Below are positions 49,209 through 62,101 of a DNA stretch of 64,000 nt, piece after piece. Location of the stretch: assembly GCA_964106915.2 (NCBI GenBank), contig OZ066914.1; one strand, written 5' to 3'. Under the pieces are notes generated by a model. It had not been told where the DNA came from. It made no database searches and saw only the letters and a list, made by a program, of their open reading frames with translations. The stretch comes from Podarcis gaigeae. Lineage: Eukaryota. Numbering within the stretch: the stretch's first letter is position 1; every line of letters begins with the position of its first letter. The translations under genes were made by a program, and so were the position numbers.

Positions 49209-50802
49209 TGATGTATACTGTCATCAATTTAGTTTGGTTCTTTATATCAGCTGTTATTATATGAACACATTTAAATGGCATTGGCCAATTTTCTCCAATT
49301 TTTTAATGTGTCTCATCTGCAGAAGGGTTTGCAATTTCCTTTCTATGGAGGATGAACAAATTCCCTCTCTTCTAAAGCTTTCCAAGTTCTTTGGCAACTT
49401 GCAAATGCTATGTTGATAATGTAGCCTTATGTTTCAGATAAAGTGGGATCCAGCATGCATAATTATATGGTCAAATGCAAAAACAAAAAACGGTATATGT
49501 GTGAGAGAGTTACATTAACGCATCCAGATACACAAAGAAACATTCTCACAGAAAGTGCATGTAGACTTATGCCAAGCACAGTATTTTTGCCATCACAATT
49601 GCCCAGTATTGAAACCAATGGCTACTATGTCTTCGGTCTTCAAAACATGCTTGAAACCTCAAAGTAGCTAATTTCCTGTTTCTTAAAGTTACCATAGGCA
49701 GGGTGCAACAGCATGTATAAAATTGCCACTGGGATTTAGGGTGGTATTCTTATGCATGCTACATGGGCTGTTTGGGAAAATAAGCTTGCATTTCCTACTG
49801 TTGCTATTCCTTGTACCAAGGCCTGGGTCCAACCACCTTCCCAACCATGATCACAAATTCATCTTCATACTTCCTAGGCAACGTCCATCTAATCTAAGCT
49901 GGTGTTTGTCTCAACTTCAGATATACAGCAATACTTTTCAATGTATTCGTTGTGTATCAGATCATAGCTACTGTGTGGGCCTTATGATGAAACTATTGAA
50001 GAATGGCAGTACACTTGGGACTCTCTATCACGTGAAATTTCAAGAATGTGTCTTGTACCTGCCACTCCTCCCCCACTTTTTGTCCAAATTCGTCCTGTTC
50101 ATAGATGTTACACATTAAGGGGACAAAGATAAGTCTTTGACATTAGAGGCAACCTGTCTACGAGGCCTTTCTTACAGGGTTGTGCAGGCAACATCAGTCC
50201 AATTGGAACAGACATCTCCCAAGCAGCATGTGTATCCATGTGTTTGTGACTGTTGCACCTGTTCATTCGTTTGGTTGTTGATGCTGTGGCCTCCTAAAAC
50301 CACGTTAGCTAGAACCAGCTAACCATCCACATCACAAATGCAGGTTACAACAGAGTCTCTTTGGAAATGGACCCAAGACTTCACAGTCCCATTAGAATAC
50401 CCATAACAACAAACTCATACATGTAACTGAACAGCGTTTCTGCCTAAGAACATGACAGAAATGAAACTGGATGGACCGACCTCAATAAACAAAACAATTC
50501 AGAGGTAGCACACAGCCAGTTACATGGTAGAGAAATCCAGGCATGAAGAGTCCATGAATAAAGGCAGGATAAACAAATCATGCCTCCCTAACTTGCTCTG
50601 ATCTGCTCCCTTGTGGCTGTGGGAAAGAATGTCAGAAGTGCAACAAGGCTAACCTTCCATGCACTGCTCTGTGCTCTGATGAGAAAGCTCCAGCAACAAT
50701 CTTACTCAGAAGAGATGTTCATTAAATCAAAAACTATCCACTTTTTAACAGCCCATGGCCCAATTTCCGCTTGATTTCTAAGCAATTTTGTATGTGGCTA
50801 AC

Positions 50803-51445
50803 ATGTTGTTGTTTAGTCATTTAGTCGTGTGGCTCTTCGTGATCCTATGGACCAGAGCATGCCAGGCACTTCTGTCTTCCACTGCCTCCCGCAGTTTGGT
50901 CAAACTCATGCTAGTAGCTTCAAGAACACTGTCCAACCATCTCGTCCCCTGTCGTCTCCTTCTCCTTGTGCCCTCATTCTTTCCCAACATCAGGGTCTTT
51001 TCCAGGGCGTCTTCTCTTCTCATGAGGTGGCCAAAGTATTGGAGCCTCAGCTTCACGATCTGTCCTTCCAGTGAGCACTCAGGGCTGATTTCCTTAAGAA
51101 TGGAGAGGTTTGATTTTCTTGCAGTCCATGGGACTCTCAAGAGTCTCCTCCAACACCATAATTCAAAAGCATCAATTCTTCGGCGATCAGCCTTCTTTAT
51201 GGTCCAGCTCTCACTTCCATACATCACTACTGGGAAAACCATAGCTTTAACTATACGGACCTTTGTTGGCAAGGTGATGTCTCTGCTTTTAAAGATGCTG
51301 TCTAGGTTTGTCATTGCTTTCCTCCCAAGAAGCAGGCGTCTTTTAATTTCGTGACTGCTGTCACCATCTGCAGTGATCATGGAGCCCAAGAAAGTAAAAT
51401 CTCTCACTGCCTCCATTTCTTCCCCTTCTATTTGCCAGGAGATGA
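50803..51445 (-). mobile_element. 5'-truncated BovB-like RTE LINE
   Basis: ORF 50817..51416: FLGSMITADGDSSHEIKRRLLLGRKAMTNLDSIFKSRDITLPTKVRIVKAMVFPVVMYGSESWT..AFELWCWRRLLRVPW; (CAA)n tail. Confidence 0.95.
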
Positions 51446-52404
51446 TGAAGTTGTTCCTTTTTACTCTAGTTGAATTTGCTTATCTGTGATGCATTTTAAG
51501 ATCAAGGTATAAAAGAAAGAGCATCCATATAATGTGACCTGATGGTAGGCCTAAAACTGGGCAGATTTCACCTCTGGTCAGCTGCAATTTTAATAGTGAT
51601 TGATTTCTATTGGGCAGCATTTCCCAATCCTGAAAGCCCTTTGATAGCGGAAGCCACATCCAAGTGAGGAGGAATAAAGCTCCAGTAAATAACATTTATC
51701 ACTAGAACCTAAATTTGTTAGCAGCGTAAGTTTGATTCAACAAGGACTTGATCGTGTATTCTGCACCGCACAGGATGTGCTTGATGAATAACCAATTTTA
51801 CTTTCTCACTTTACATATTCTAGGAGAAAATAACTCTTAACTATTGGTGGTCACATACAAAAATCTGATGAAGCACAGCATTTAAGAATCCCTGCCTTTT
51901 GCTTGTGCTCACAATCCAGTGTCTGAACCCACACTTCCTGGATTTCATAGTCACATTTTTGTCTATTTGAAACACGAAACAGTACCCACCTCTTGAATCA
52001 CAATCTCTGATTTTGCAAGCAACAGTGACTTGTCTCTCCCCTGAGGTATCCTCAAAGTTGTTGTTGTTGGTTTTTTTAAAAAAGACTTTCTGCCAGTGTT
52101 GAGATAGGCAGAGACAAACCCACATCATCATGGATCCCAATTTTCCCTACAGAGAAGGAACTTATCATGGTTAAGTAGCAACATTCACTCCTCCAATCTG
52201 TTAAGGTCATTTTGAATTCTGAGTCTGTCTTCTGCGGCCACCAGGAAAAGGACCTTCCAGCTCAAAAACCCTAGGGGGACAGAGTGCAGCTGCGTGAAGA
52301 GATGTCCTGTGAGTGCCTTCAGTACCCTGTGGAGGTTCCAAGAGGGGAACCTGTGTACCATGGGTGGTTTTAGCTGCGCTGCTCCCTTCAGAAAGCGTCT
52401 TACC

Positions 52405-52626
52405 GATTAAATTTAATTTAATCATTACAGACAACCAGTGATATGAGGAATAAAGATCCACATGGAGTTAGTTGGAAGTCACTTTTTTTCTTTTTCTGGT
52501 TGTAGTTTATGTTATTGTTTATATCCTTGTAATTTTTTTTTGAATTTTCTTGTGTTTTTGTATTATTTGTTCATTTTATTCAATGTCTGTATGATGTACA
52601 AGTATAAATATTCTTTTAAAAAACAA
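52405..52626 (+). mobile_element. Short 5'-truncated L1-like 3' end inserted in the DIRS relic
   Basis: 16-bp TSD CAGAAAGCGTCTTACC at 52389-52404 and 52627-52642; T-rich body and A-rich tail. Confidence 0.8.
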
Positions 52627-55153
52627 CAGAAAGCGTCTTACCAGGGAGAGGGACCCCAGAGGAGTTCCTGCTGATCTGAGAACTGATCCCAAGGCTGCCA
52701 CCTGCCTGCGGAGGGTGTTTGGTCGTAGCCCATTCCAAGCCCTCCTGTAGGAAAGCTAGAATGTCTGGTACCTGTCCTTCTAGGGGATCCAACTTATTTC
52801 TACGTGCCCACCTGACAAAGACCCGCCAGGTGAATTTGTAGATTCGCTGAGTGGACTCTGCCAGAAGCTAGGATGGTGGAGGTTACTAGTCAGTCAACCC
52901 CAACTTCCTTAGGCATTCCCTCTCAACAGCTAAGCATGAAGTTGTAGCCAATCTGAGTCTGGGTGGTGGACCTCTCCCGACAACAGACTGCTCCTTTGAG
53001 GTAGGGGCCAAGGGTCTGTTACTGATGAGGCCCTCAGATCTGCAAATCAAGGCCTCCTTGGCCAAAAGGGAGCCACAACAATGATCTCTCCAGGCTGGAC
53101 CTGACCCACCTGAGCAGTCTCTGGATCAGGGCCATTGGAGGGAAGACATATAGAAGTCCCCCTGGCCGCTGGTCAAGGCATCCATGCCCATTGCTCCCCT
53201 CATCATGAACCGGGAGAAGAGCCCCACCTTTCAGTTCTCTGAACTTGCAAACAGGTCCACCCTAGGGAAGCCGAAGCGGTCCACTATTTGTTGGAACACC
53301 TGTGGATGAAGGCTCCATTCTGCTTGAGATACCTGGTGATGGAGCACAATACGTGCTCTGCCAATAGGGATTCTAGATGTCGTTCTGCCCAAGACAGGAG
53401 AATGGTGGCCTCCTACATGAGGGCCTGGGATCTGGCCCTCCATGCATATATATGATTTGGTAGCCAGGTTGTCTGAATGCATCAGCACGTTTCCCCTCCA
53501 CCAACTTCTTGAAGCAGAGGAGGGCCAGTCTGACTGCTCTGAGCTCCAAACAGTTTATCGGTTGGTATGCTTTCTCCTTGGACCAGGTCTCTTGGGCATA
53601 ATGATCACCTGTGTGTGTTCCCCACCCCGAAAGACTTGTGTCCGTGGTTATCTGGACCTGTGGCTGCTCCCTGAAAGAACACCCCTTCTCTAAAACTGGG
53701 GAAAGCCAGCTCTAGGGACCTCCTGGTCTCCCTGCTCAACTGCAGCCTGACATGCCTCCGCTGTATGATGTCCATCTGATAGGGATGGAGAGCCCACTGC
53801 AGGGGTCTGGCATGAAATCACGCCCATGGCACACAGGTCATGGAGGCGATCGTGTGCCCCTGCAGTTTGGCCAGCTGGAAGGTGTCTGCCCTCTTTGCCC
53901 CCAGGACCTGGCGGACCGAGGTCCGAATCTTGTCCACACGCTCTGAGGAGAGGCTCACCAAGCCCTGCTTGGTGTCTTTCAAGTTTCCTAGGGTAACATG
54001 ACCTGCACTGGAAACAGCTTGCTTTTCTCCATGTTCACTAAGAATCTGTGCTGCTGCAGGCAGTCTAGGGTCTCTGCTACATCGCTCCTGGCTTGATGGA
54101 GTGAGTCTGACCTGATCAGAATATTGCCCAAGTATGGAAAAAGATGAATGGCCTTCTTCTGTAGATGGACCACCAGTTATCAACACCTTTGAAAACATTC
54201 TCGGACTTTGGGCCAAGCCAAAAGCCAAACAGGTGTACTGATAATGATTTTTCTGGAATGCAAAATGCAGAAACTGGTTATGTCCTGGGTAAACTAGGCT
54301 GTGGAGGTAAGCATCCATCAGGTCTAGAGAAGCCATGAAGTCTCCAGGCCTGAGACCCTTTAGAATGGTCTTCAAGGTTTCCATTCTGAATTTATTTCAG
54401 GTCAGGTACTGATAGACCCTCTTGAGATCTAGAATGACCCTTCATTTTCCTGATTGCTTTCGGACCATAAAGAGACTAGAGTAGCAGCCAAATCCCTGCT
54501 GTGGTTTTGGCACAGGCTCTATCGCTCTGATCTCCAGTGGATGCTGGATTGCTTGAAGCATGGGGAGGTGTTTCTGTGTTTTTTTGGAGCATGGGGAGGA
54601 AATGAATTTGGCGGGGGGGGGGGGGACTGGTCAAACTCTATCTTGTAACTCTCCTGGATAATGCTGAGCACCCACTGTTCTGTGATCAAGGCTTCCCGCT
54701 GCCGCCGCCTCTTGCCTCCCCTGTAATTGCTGCCTTGAGGCTGCTTGAGGGAGCTCTGGCTACATGAGGATCTATTTGGGAAACCCTGCCCTCCCCAGGA
54801 GGGTTTGTAGCTCTTGAAATCTCTAGCGCTGAATAAGCCCCTGTTGGAACGAAAGGAAGAATAATTTCCCTTCCCTTCCTGTGCACTGACACGACTGCTG
54901 CCACGGCCCTTGCTGCAAATTGCAAGGCATCCGGCTGGACATGGACAAACCCTGGTGGGACCTCTGAAAGGCCTGAGCCCAGATGAAGGAAGCTGCAGCT
55001 GAGACCTTAATGCCTAGTGTGACCTGTATAACAGAACCTCTGCCCTTTTGTACTCAGGGTTCCTGGGGTAATCCTGCCATCCTGGATCCATGAGTAAGGG
55101 AACATACGGGGGGCATCTCAGAAATCCCACTCTATACTTATCAAATGGATATC

Positions 55154-55393
55154 CAGTGGTACCTCAGGTTACATACGCTTCAGGTTACATACACTTCAAG
55201 TTACAGATTCCGCTAACCCAGAAATAGTGCTTCAGGTTAAGAACTCTGCTTCAGGATGAACAGAAATCGTGCTCTGGCAGTGCAGCGGCAGCAGAAGGCC
55301 CCATGAGCTAAAGTGGTGCTTCAGGTTAAGAACAGTTTCAGGTTAAGAACGGACCTCTGGAACAAATTAAGTACTTAACCCAAGGTACCTCTG
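55154..55393. mobile_element. CAGTGGTACC-family MITE nested in DIRS gag region
   Basis: TIRs CAGTGGTACCT...AGGTACCTCTG followed by TA. Confidence 0.9.
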
Positions 55394-56695
55394 TAGCCAA
55401 TTTACGAGAGAGTTTGTTGCCTTGGAGGCCCCAGATGTCTGCCATTCCTGCAAGATGCTCTCAAACTCTACTGGAAAGGGGAAAGCCCTCTTGGGGGCCT
55501 TGCGCTTGGGGGAGGTCTTGGAGGCATTGCTGGCTGCCTGGGGTTGCTTCTTGGCTTGCCGGGCTTCCTCAGGGAGAATGACTGCCTTCACAGCCTTTCC
55601 CAAGAGCTGCTTGATGTCTGGGCTCATAAAGAGGGGGGGGATGCTCCCCCTCCTCCTCATCTGGGGAAAGCTCACCCTCCTCCCTGTCTGAAGAGGTGCA
55701 TGTAAGCCTGGATGATGAAGGCTTGAGGGCATGAGGCATCCTCTGAACTGGCTGCCCATGGGGAAAGGGAAGGTTCAGTTCTCCTGTAGGTCCTTCTGCC
55801 AGGGCCCCTTTCTCCCTGCTCAGCACCCAGCATCACTTGTGCTGGGGCCCCTTTGAGGGGACAAGGAGCTGCTCCAAGAAGAGTAGTATTCTGAGGGGGA
55901 AGGGGAGGGATCAGCTCTCCTCCTCCTGGCACCCTGCCAGTTCCCAGCCCTGCTTGAACCATGGGTGCTTTCCTGAGGCCCACCCCCTAGTGCTGCCCTT
56001 GGCTGAAGGGACCCTGATGGGTCTGTGGCAAGTGGGGATGGGGGTGGAGCATGGAAGCCGCAGGTAGGCCCAAAGCCTGTCCTAGCCAGGCAATCCACTC
56101 ATGGGTAACTGGAGGCCCAACTCCCCTTCTTACCAGAACCTCCAGAATTGCTGGAGCTGATGGATCAGGCCTTTGCAGGTCGCCCAAAACTTCCTCAGCC
56201 TGGGCTGCTGCTAAATTCAAGGGAATTCCAGGCCCCTTTGCGCAGGCAGCTTGGGTTCCCACAGATCCTGCTGATGAATTCGGAGAAAGCTCCATCTCAC
56301 AGAAAAGAAAGTCTCCTCCTGAGAAGGAAAACCCCTTCTGCTGGGTTTCAGTCCTTTCCTTTTTTGTTTTCAATGCATGATTTTGGGTTTCAGTCCTTTC
56401 CTAGCCTTCCTTCCCAGGTCCAGAGGCCTCCAAAGACTGTAGGCCCAAAGGGAGGCCTAGTCAAAAGTACGGTAGATCCGAGAGAAGAAAAACCTGGTAT
56501 GGATAACAGAAGGGAGCTGAAAGAGTGGATCCAAGAAATGAAGATAAAGAAAGAACAAAGGAAAGAAAAATCCCTTCCAAGATGGCATTCCCATCTTTTT
56601 CTTTTACCGGGCCTAGAGCAGGTAAGAGACCTCCTACCAGCGGTGAAGGCAGGAAATGGAACTGGAGCAAGAGGCTTGTCTCTTGTAACTATGAT

Positions 56696-57445
56696 GCAGA
56701 AGACAGACTCAGAATTCAAAATGGCCTTAACAAATTGAAGAACGGGGCCAAAACAAAATGAATCTCAGTAGGGACAAATGTAAGGTTCTACACTTTAGGC
56801 AGGAATAACCAGGTGCAAAAACGTAAGATGGAGGACACCGGGCTTGCCAGTAGTACATGTGAAACAGATCTAGAGGTCTTAGTAGACCACAAGCTTAACA
56901 TGAGTCAGCAATGTGGTGCATCAACAGAAAAGCTCATACTATTCTAGGCTGCATCAACAGAAGCAGAGTGTCCCAAATCAAAGGAAGTAATAGTACAGTA
57001 CTGCTCTATTCTGGCTTGTGAGACCATACTTAGAGTACTGTGTCCAGTTCTGGAGCCATAATTTAAGAAGTATATTGACAAGCTGGAGCATGTACAGAGG
57101 GCAACCAAGATGATCAAGGGTCTGGAAACCAAGCCTTATGAGGAATGATTGAGGTTGCTGGGTAAGCCTGGATAAGAGGAAACTGAGAGGAGGTATGATA
57201 GCCATTCCTCATGGAATATGGAGTAAGCTTATTTTCTCCTGCTCCAGAGGTTAGGACCCAAATCATGGCTAGGACCCTAACCAATGGACTCTCTTGGAAG
57301 GTGGTAGATAGACTCTCCTTTCTTGGGAGGTTAAAAGCAGTGGTTACATGGCCATCTGTCATGGACACTTTAGTTGAGATTCCTACATTGCAAGGGGTTG
57401 GACTGAATAACCCTAGGGGTCCCTTCCAACTCTACAATTCTATGG
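56696..57445 (+). mobile_element. 5'-truncated CR1 LINE
   Basis: Begins in RT (EDRLRIQNGLNKL); LGCINRS-like and GAGTACTGTGTCCAGTTCTGG blocks; tail GGTCCCTTCCAACTCTACAATTCTATG. Confidence 0.88.
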
Positions 57446-57489
57446 TATCCTGCCTGCCTTTAATCATGGAACTCAAGGCAACATACATG

Positions 57490-57580
57490 TGTCCAGGCTC
57501 TCACCCATCCAGACACTGATCAAATCCAGACATGCACAGATTCAGCAAGGTGGTAGCCTCATGCGCCTTCAGACCATACC
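57490..57580 (-). mobile_element. Possible 5S rRNA-derived SINE fragment
   Basis: Minus strand TGATCAGTGTCTGGATGGGTGAGAGCCTGG loosely resembles the 5S internal control region TGGTTAGTACTTGGATGGGAGACCGCCTGG. Confidence 0.35.
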
Positions 57581-58399
57581 CCATATTTATAGAGGTTTGT
57601 AGAAAACTGTTATCAAACCAGATGGACAGGGTATACATAATAAAATTATTATTATTAAACAGGAGTGGTCAGAAAAATAATGATTTTGACATTTCAATTT
57701 ATTTTCTGCTTTTACCAATTCCCAAATGTTAACATACACTTAACCCTTTTTGATAAAGTTTAATGCAATTCATGCACAAATTTGCCTATACAACTGCCTA
57801 TAATGAACAGTAAAAAATTTAAATCAAAGAAATTACTGTTTGGACATTGCTAAACTGGCTTCCACAGAATGATTCTGTTAAACCTTGTCTTCTTTTATGC
57901 CATGTCATTACCTATTCTAACCAAAATCACATAATATTCTAAAAGGGTAACTTAGCTTTTACCACATTCTCTCATCTCAAGTAAGCTTCCTTCTGCCTTA
58001 GATATAATATCTGAACAGTTTATGTGCCATAAGAAAATTCCTAACTGAATTTAAATGTAACACACACACACAGTTTTTGCTGCGCAATTGCTTATTAAGT
58101 CATTGTGATTGTATAGGAAGGTTTTAAGCAGCAATGTCAGAAAATCGGCCATTGCCTGGTATCTCTCTACCGGCACAAAAAAGGTGTCATGTATTAAAGG
58201 AAAGCGCAAACATGAAATCACATAGGCAAAAGACGTGGAATAACACAAGGCTAATAATTCCACCCTCCCAGCAGCAAGCTGTTTAGCTAATGCGCCCGAA
58301 TCCTAGCAAGTCAGATTTAACAACCTGTTTATTTCAAGCAAAACCTGTTGCAGCAATGCAGAATTCCTCCCCCACCCCATCCCCCGAGGAGAAGCACAA

Positions 58400-58955
58400 A
58401 CACACAGAGAGAGCCTCAGTCAGCAGAAACTGAAACGGCGCTGTGACACGCAGCCAACGAAGCGACCGGAATCACGACATTTTCATCAATACTGGAGACA
58501 ACGATCAAGAGGCCCCTAAAGCAAGCAATCTTCTCCGCCTTCGGACATTCTTGGGCACTTAATCAGCCGCTGCATATCCCGAGACACCCATAATTTGGGC
58601 GAGCTCCGCATTTGCATTCGGATCGGTGAAAATCGGGCTTTTGCCGGAGATGAAAAACCCCTCTGCAGCATCCCTGAAATCGGCCATTACAGGAAGAAGC
58701 CGGAGCGGGTTTTACGACATCTCCCAGCATCCTTACTGCCTACAATTCCCACACTGCACATGCCCAGCAACTCCAGAGTTAACCCCTTGGTTGCCCAGAG
58801 GCAACAACTTTGTGTCATCGGGCTCGACTCTTGTTTCCTCGACTTTCCCCTCACATCCCTGTTCACAAAAAATAGGCAACACACGCGACGCGTTAAAAAC
58901 ACTCAGAGTGTCAAGAGAAAGTGAAAAGGGGAGACCACACGCGGAGAGCTTCTAA
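58400..58955. promoter_or_regulatory. CpG-rich non-repetitive patch, candidate promoter or enhancer
   Basis: Locally retained CpGs (e.g. ACGCGACGCG, GCGACCGG) in an AT-rich background; no transposon hallmarks seen. Confidence 0.45.
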
Positions 58956-61900
58956 AGGGAAGCCTGGAATATTTTTTTTAGCATAAGAATATTCTTTTAA
59001 AATTCTCCATAACAGTAACAAATCTGCATCTGCAGTCATCCTCAGGTGTTTACTATAAACGTTTTCGGTTTAAAGTCTACTGTTCTTTGTTTTCCTGCAC
59101 GCTTCTAGAGACTACAGTTTCTTTGTATCAATAATAATCAATATTTTTGCTTTGTACCTTAGACAGCAGGTGGAATTTATTCTCCCATCTGAGTACCTCT
59201 TAATTTTTTTTTAATGAATGCACTATTTGTTCTTAAAATCCCCAGGTCTCTTCCCAAGATCTCAGAATACATATAGACATACAGATAGATAAACAGATAA
59301 GAAAAATAAAGCAGATTTAGAAAACCCTTGCTATTCTACTTTTCTCCTTACAAATATGCATTCAGGTATATATCAGTATTACTATACTACGCTCCAGCTT
59401 TTCAGTTCCTATAGTCTTTCAAGAGCCAACAAACTACATCTATAAACAAAACCAACCACAATTTAAAACAGATTAAACAGTATCTAATTTGAAAGAGGAA
59501 AACAAAGCCTCATGGCAAGCCTTCCTAGACTTAACTGAAATGGGCATTGTGTGTACACACTTCTTACTATTTATTATTAATTGCATTTGAAATAACTGCC
59601 CTCAAAAATAATTGCCAAAGAAAAATCAGTCTAATTATTCTAATTTGTACTGCCATGTTAATTGTTACATGGCTAGGAATTCTAGAGACCATCTGCTTCC
59701 CAGACAACACAGAAACCTAGCTGGTGCTACAACCCCTAAAAGAAATCCAAATCTCTCAGAAATCTGTTACACATAATAAAAAAACAGACAAAATATGGTC
59801 ACTTACAGTCATGTTGTCGCTGTAATCCCCCCTCCTTTATAATTTATTTTAGACCATGGAAACAGCAGAAAAAGTGGTCATGCTTCTTTCAAAGAAGCTG
59901 ACCTATAACGTACTCCCACACATTTTTACAAAGTTTAATTCCCAACAAAATATTTTGAACATCAAAGCGGTTTTCAAAGTGATACCTGGCTAAAACAATG
60001 ACAGAAAAAACTTCCCTTTGTGACTTTACAGACACACTTTGTATATCTCCCAAGCCAATACAAGCCAAAGTCATTTCAAATAATGCCCATACGCTTATTT
60101 ACAATTTATTTTTTGGTGCATTGATTTTTGCTAGTTTTTCACCCCAGAAAATTCTACAGGAATCTCAACTCTTTAACAGCCAGCACTACATAATTGTCCA
60201 TCAACATTTCCATTGAAAAACCAAATCCTTCAACAGTCAGGCGTGCAGAGCTCTACCTTTTTCATTTACAAACAAGCCACAATCATTTTACAAGCATTTT
60301 AATACATAGATTAAAGCCACAACGGACAACATGGGACAAAGACTGTGTGAAAAGAAACGTGAAATATAACAGGCCTCCCCTAATAACCCATATTTAACTA
60401 TAGAACTGCTCAGCTGTATATATTTCTATGTCTCAAAGAAAAGATGGACAGTTTATGTAGTTTGCACTATTTGAATTAAAGTTTATAAAGCTGGCCTATT
60501 TAAAAGGCCTTGTTTTTAGGATTTCAATTAATTTTTACATTTTTGTCTTATTAAGATTATTTATCTATTTCAAGTCAATGAAGAATTTCAGAGTAACATT
60601 ATTAAGTAATTTTAACCCTGGTACAGAAAGCTTTATTTAATAATAAAAGTTGCATGAGTAATGGAATGTTGACTTATTGCATACATTTCTAGATATTAAC
60701 AAAAGCACTTGAGGAAAAATACGCCTCAGGTGCTTTAAAATATTGACAATTTTTCTGGCAATAGTTTAAATCTGAAATTAAGAAGTAGAAATATTTTGAC
60801 AGGATCCAACCATACCATTTCAGAATGGTATATGTCTTTCTGGCTTCAAGCAGAACTATTTCTCTGTCTCCTCACAAAGGCAAAACACACACACAAACTG
60901 TAAACCTTCATTACTTTTTTATAGGTATTTTTTTTTATCATAGGGAACTGCAGACAGAATCACTTTTCTGCAGCTTTCAGTCAGTGTGCAATTATTTTAC
61001 CAAAAGGTAAGAAGGCTTTGCTTTTGCCTTTAAAAGATTTCACAATAGCATGGAGCTTTTACTGTCCTAAACCTTTGTTGTTGTTTTTAAACATTACCAT
61101 GAACATCAAATTTTAGTAACCAGAATTTAATAATGAGTAATAGAAGTGAAATATACAACTGATTTGGAGCAGGTGTGTGTTTTACAACAGCATACCTTAC
61201 ACTTTTAACAGGTCTTATCCCACAATGTTAGCTATTACATGAAATTATCTAAGGTACAGATTAGGTCAGAAAAATAATATCCCCAATGCCGTCCCCCTCA
61301 CTCCACCCTGCCACCTCCACACACAGCTCTTTATGTCCTCTAAATCACATAACTTTTTTAAATTGACAATTTGGTCTTAAGAAACACCATTGCAACCAAA
61401 GCCAGTAAACCCAAAATTTTATTACACAACAGCCTATTTTTAATTAACTAGCCTTTTTAAAAAATCGTACTTTGGGGCTCAGTCCACTGGGAGCTTTCCA
61501 AGCACATGTCCAAAGAAAAGAATGACATTTGCAGCAAAGGCCTTCTACGACTACCATTTCAGCAGGGGTTGTTTGGCAAATATATCTTGTGGGACAGTCC
61601 TGCTTATTAAGACAGACTGCTTTATTTTTAAAATGTTTACCAAATCACTCTGGTTGAGAAATACTGTTTTTAGAATTTAATTATTGCATAACCAAAATAA
61701 AACCACCTTTCACCTGGAATTGTGTTTTTGCATTTTCTCATATGGATCTGGCTCACATACATACTAAGCATTACATACTGAATGTTACGTTATTCTTAGG
61801 CTTTTCATGGGGTAACTCAATGTCTGCTTAACCATCCTTTCACACTTTGCTAGATGCTAGAACAACCTTAACTCGTTTTTTTCTGTATACAATACCTTAC

Positions 61901-62024
61901 ACAAAAATAACAGTCAGGGTTTACATGGTTTATTAGTCTAAAGGCCAAATAATATATTATGGAACTATGGTGTAACTATTTTCTTATCCCATCAAAAAAA
62001 TTAGGTAATAAACCAATGCCTTAC

Positions 62025-62101
62025 CAGTAAAAGGAGGCTCATTTCTTTAATCCATCACTGGCATTTACTGAAACAAGGATTTCCCAACAGTCTCTGTAAA
62101 A
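62025..62101 (-). ncRNA. Candidate non-coding exon (77 nt)
   Basis: Acceptor atttatttttctctctctttAG and donor CTG|GTAAGG; stop codons in all three frames. Confidence 0.5.

Larger units (their letters stand above)
52130..56695 (-). mobile_element. Decayed DIRS1-like tyrosine-recombinase retrotransposon
   Basis: gag-like FPFPVEFESILQEW; RT METLKTIL..SLDLMDAYLH..LAFGLAQSPRMFSKV..PYLGNILI; RNase H SDNLATKSYI; EWSLHP..VDLFASSEN; LLYVFPP (methylase-like); recombinase N-terminus STQRIY..TW..F..W, ILAFLQEG, RFLKG..PSWNLHRVL. Many frameshifts; boundaries approximate. Confidence 0.85.

Noticed and set aside
50788-51354. 188-aa plus-strand ORF
   Set aside because: Antisense shadow of the BovB-like RTE ORF.
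55569-56761. Cluster of overlapping Pro/Gly-rich ORFs
   Set aside because: Decayed DIRS gag/leader sequence and its antisense frames, not a host gene.
60974-61006. Plus-strand micro-exon (ttttctgcag ... AAG|gtaaga)
   Set aside because: Splice-like signals only, no partner exons or coding support; such matches are common in AT-rich DNA.
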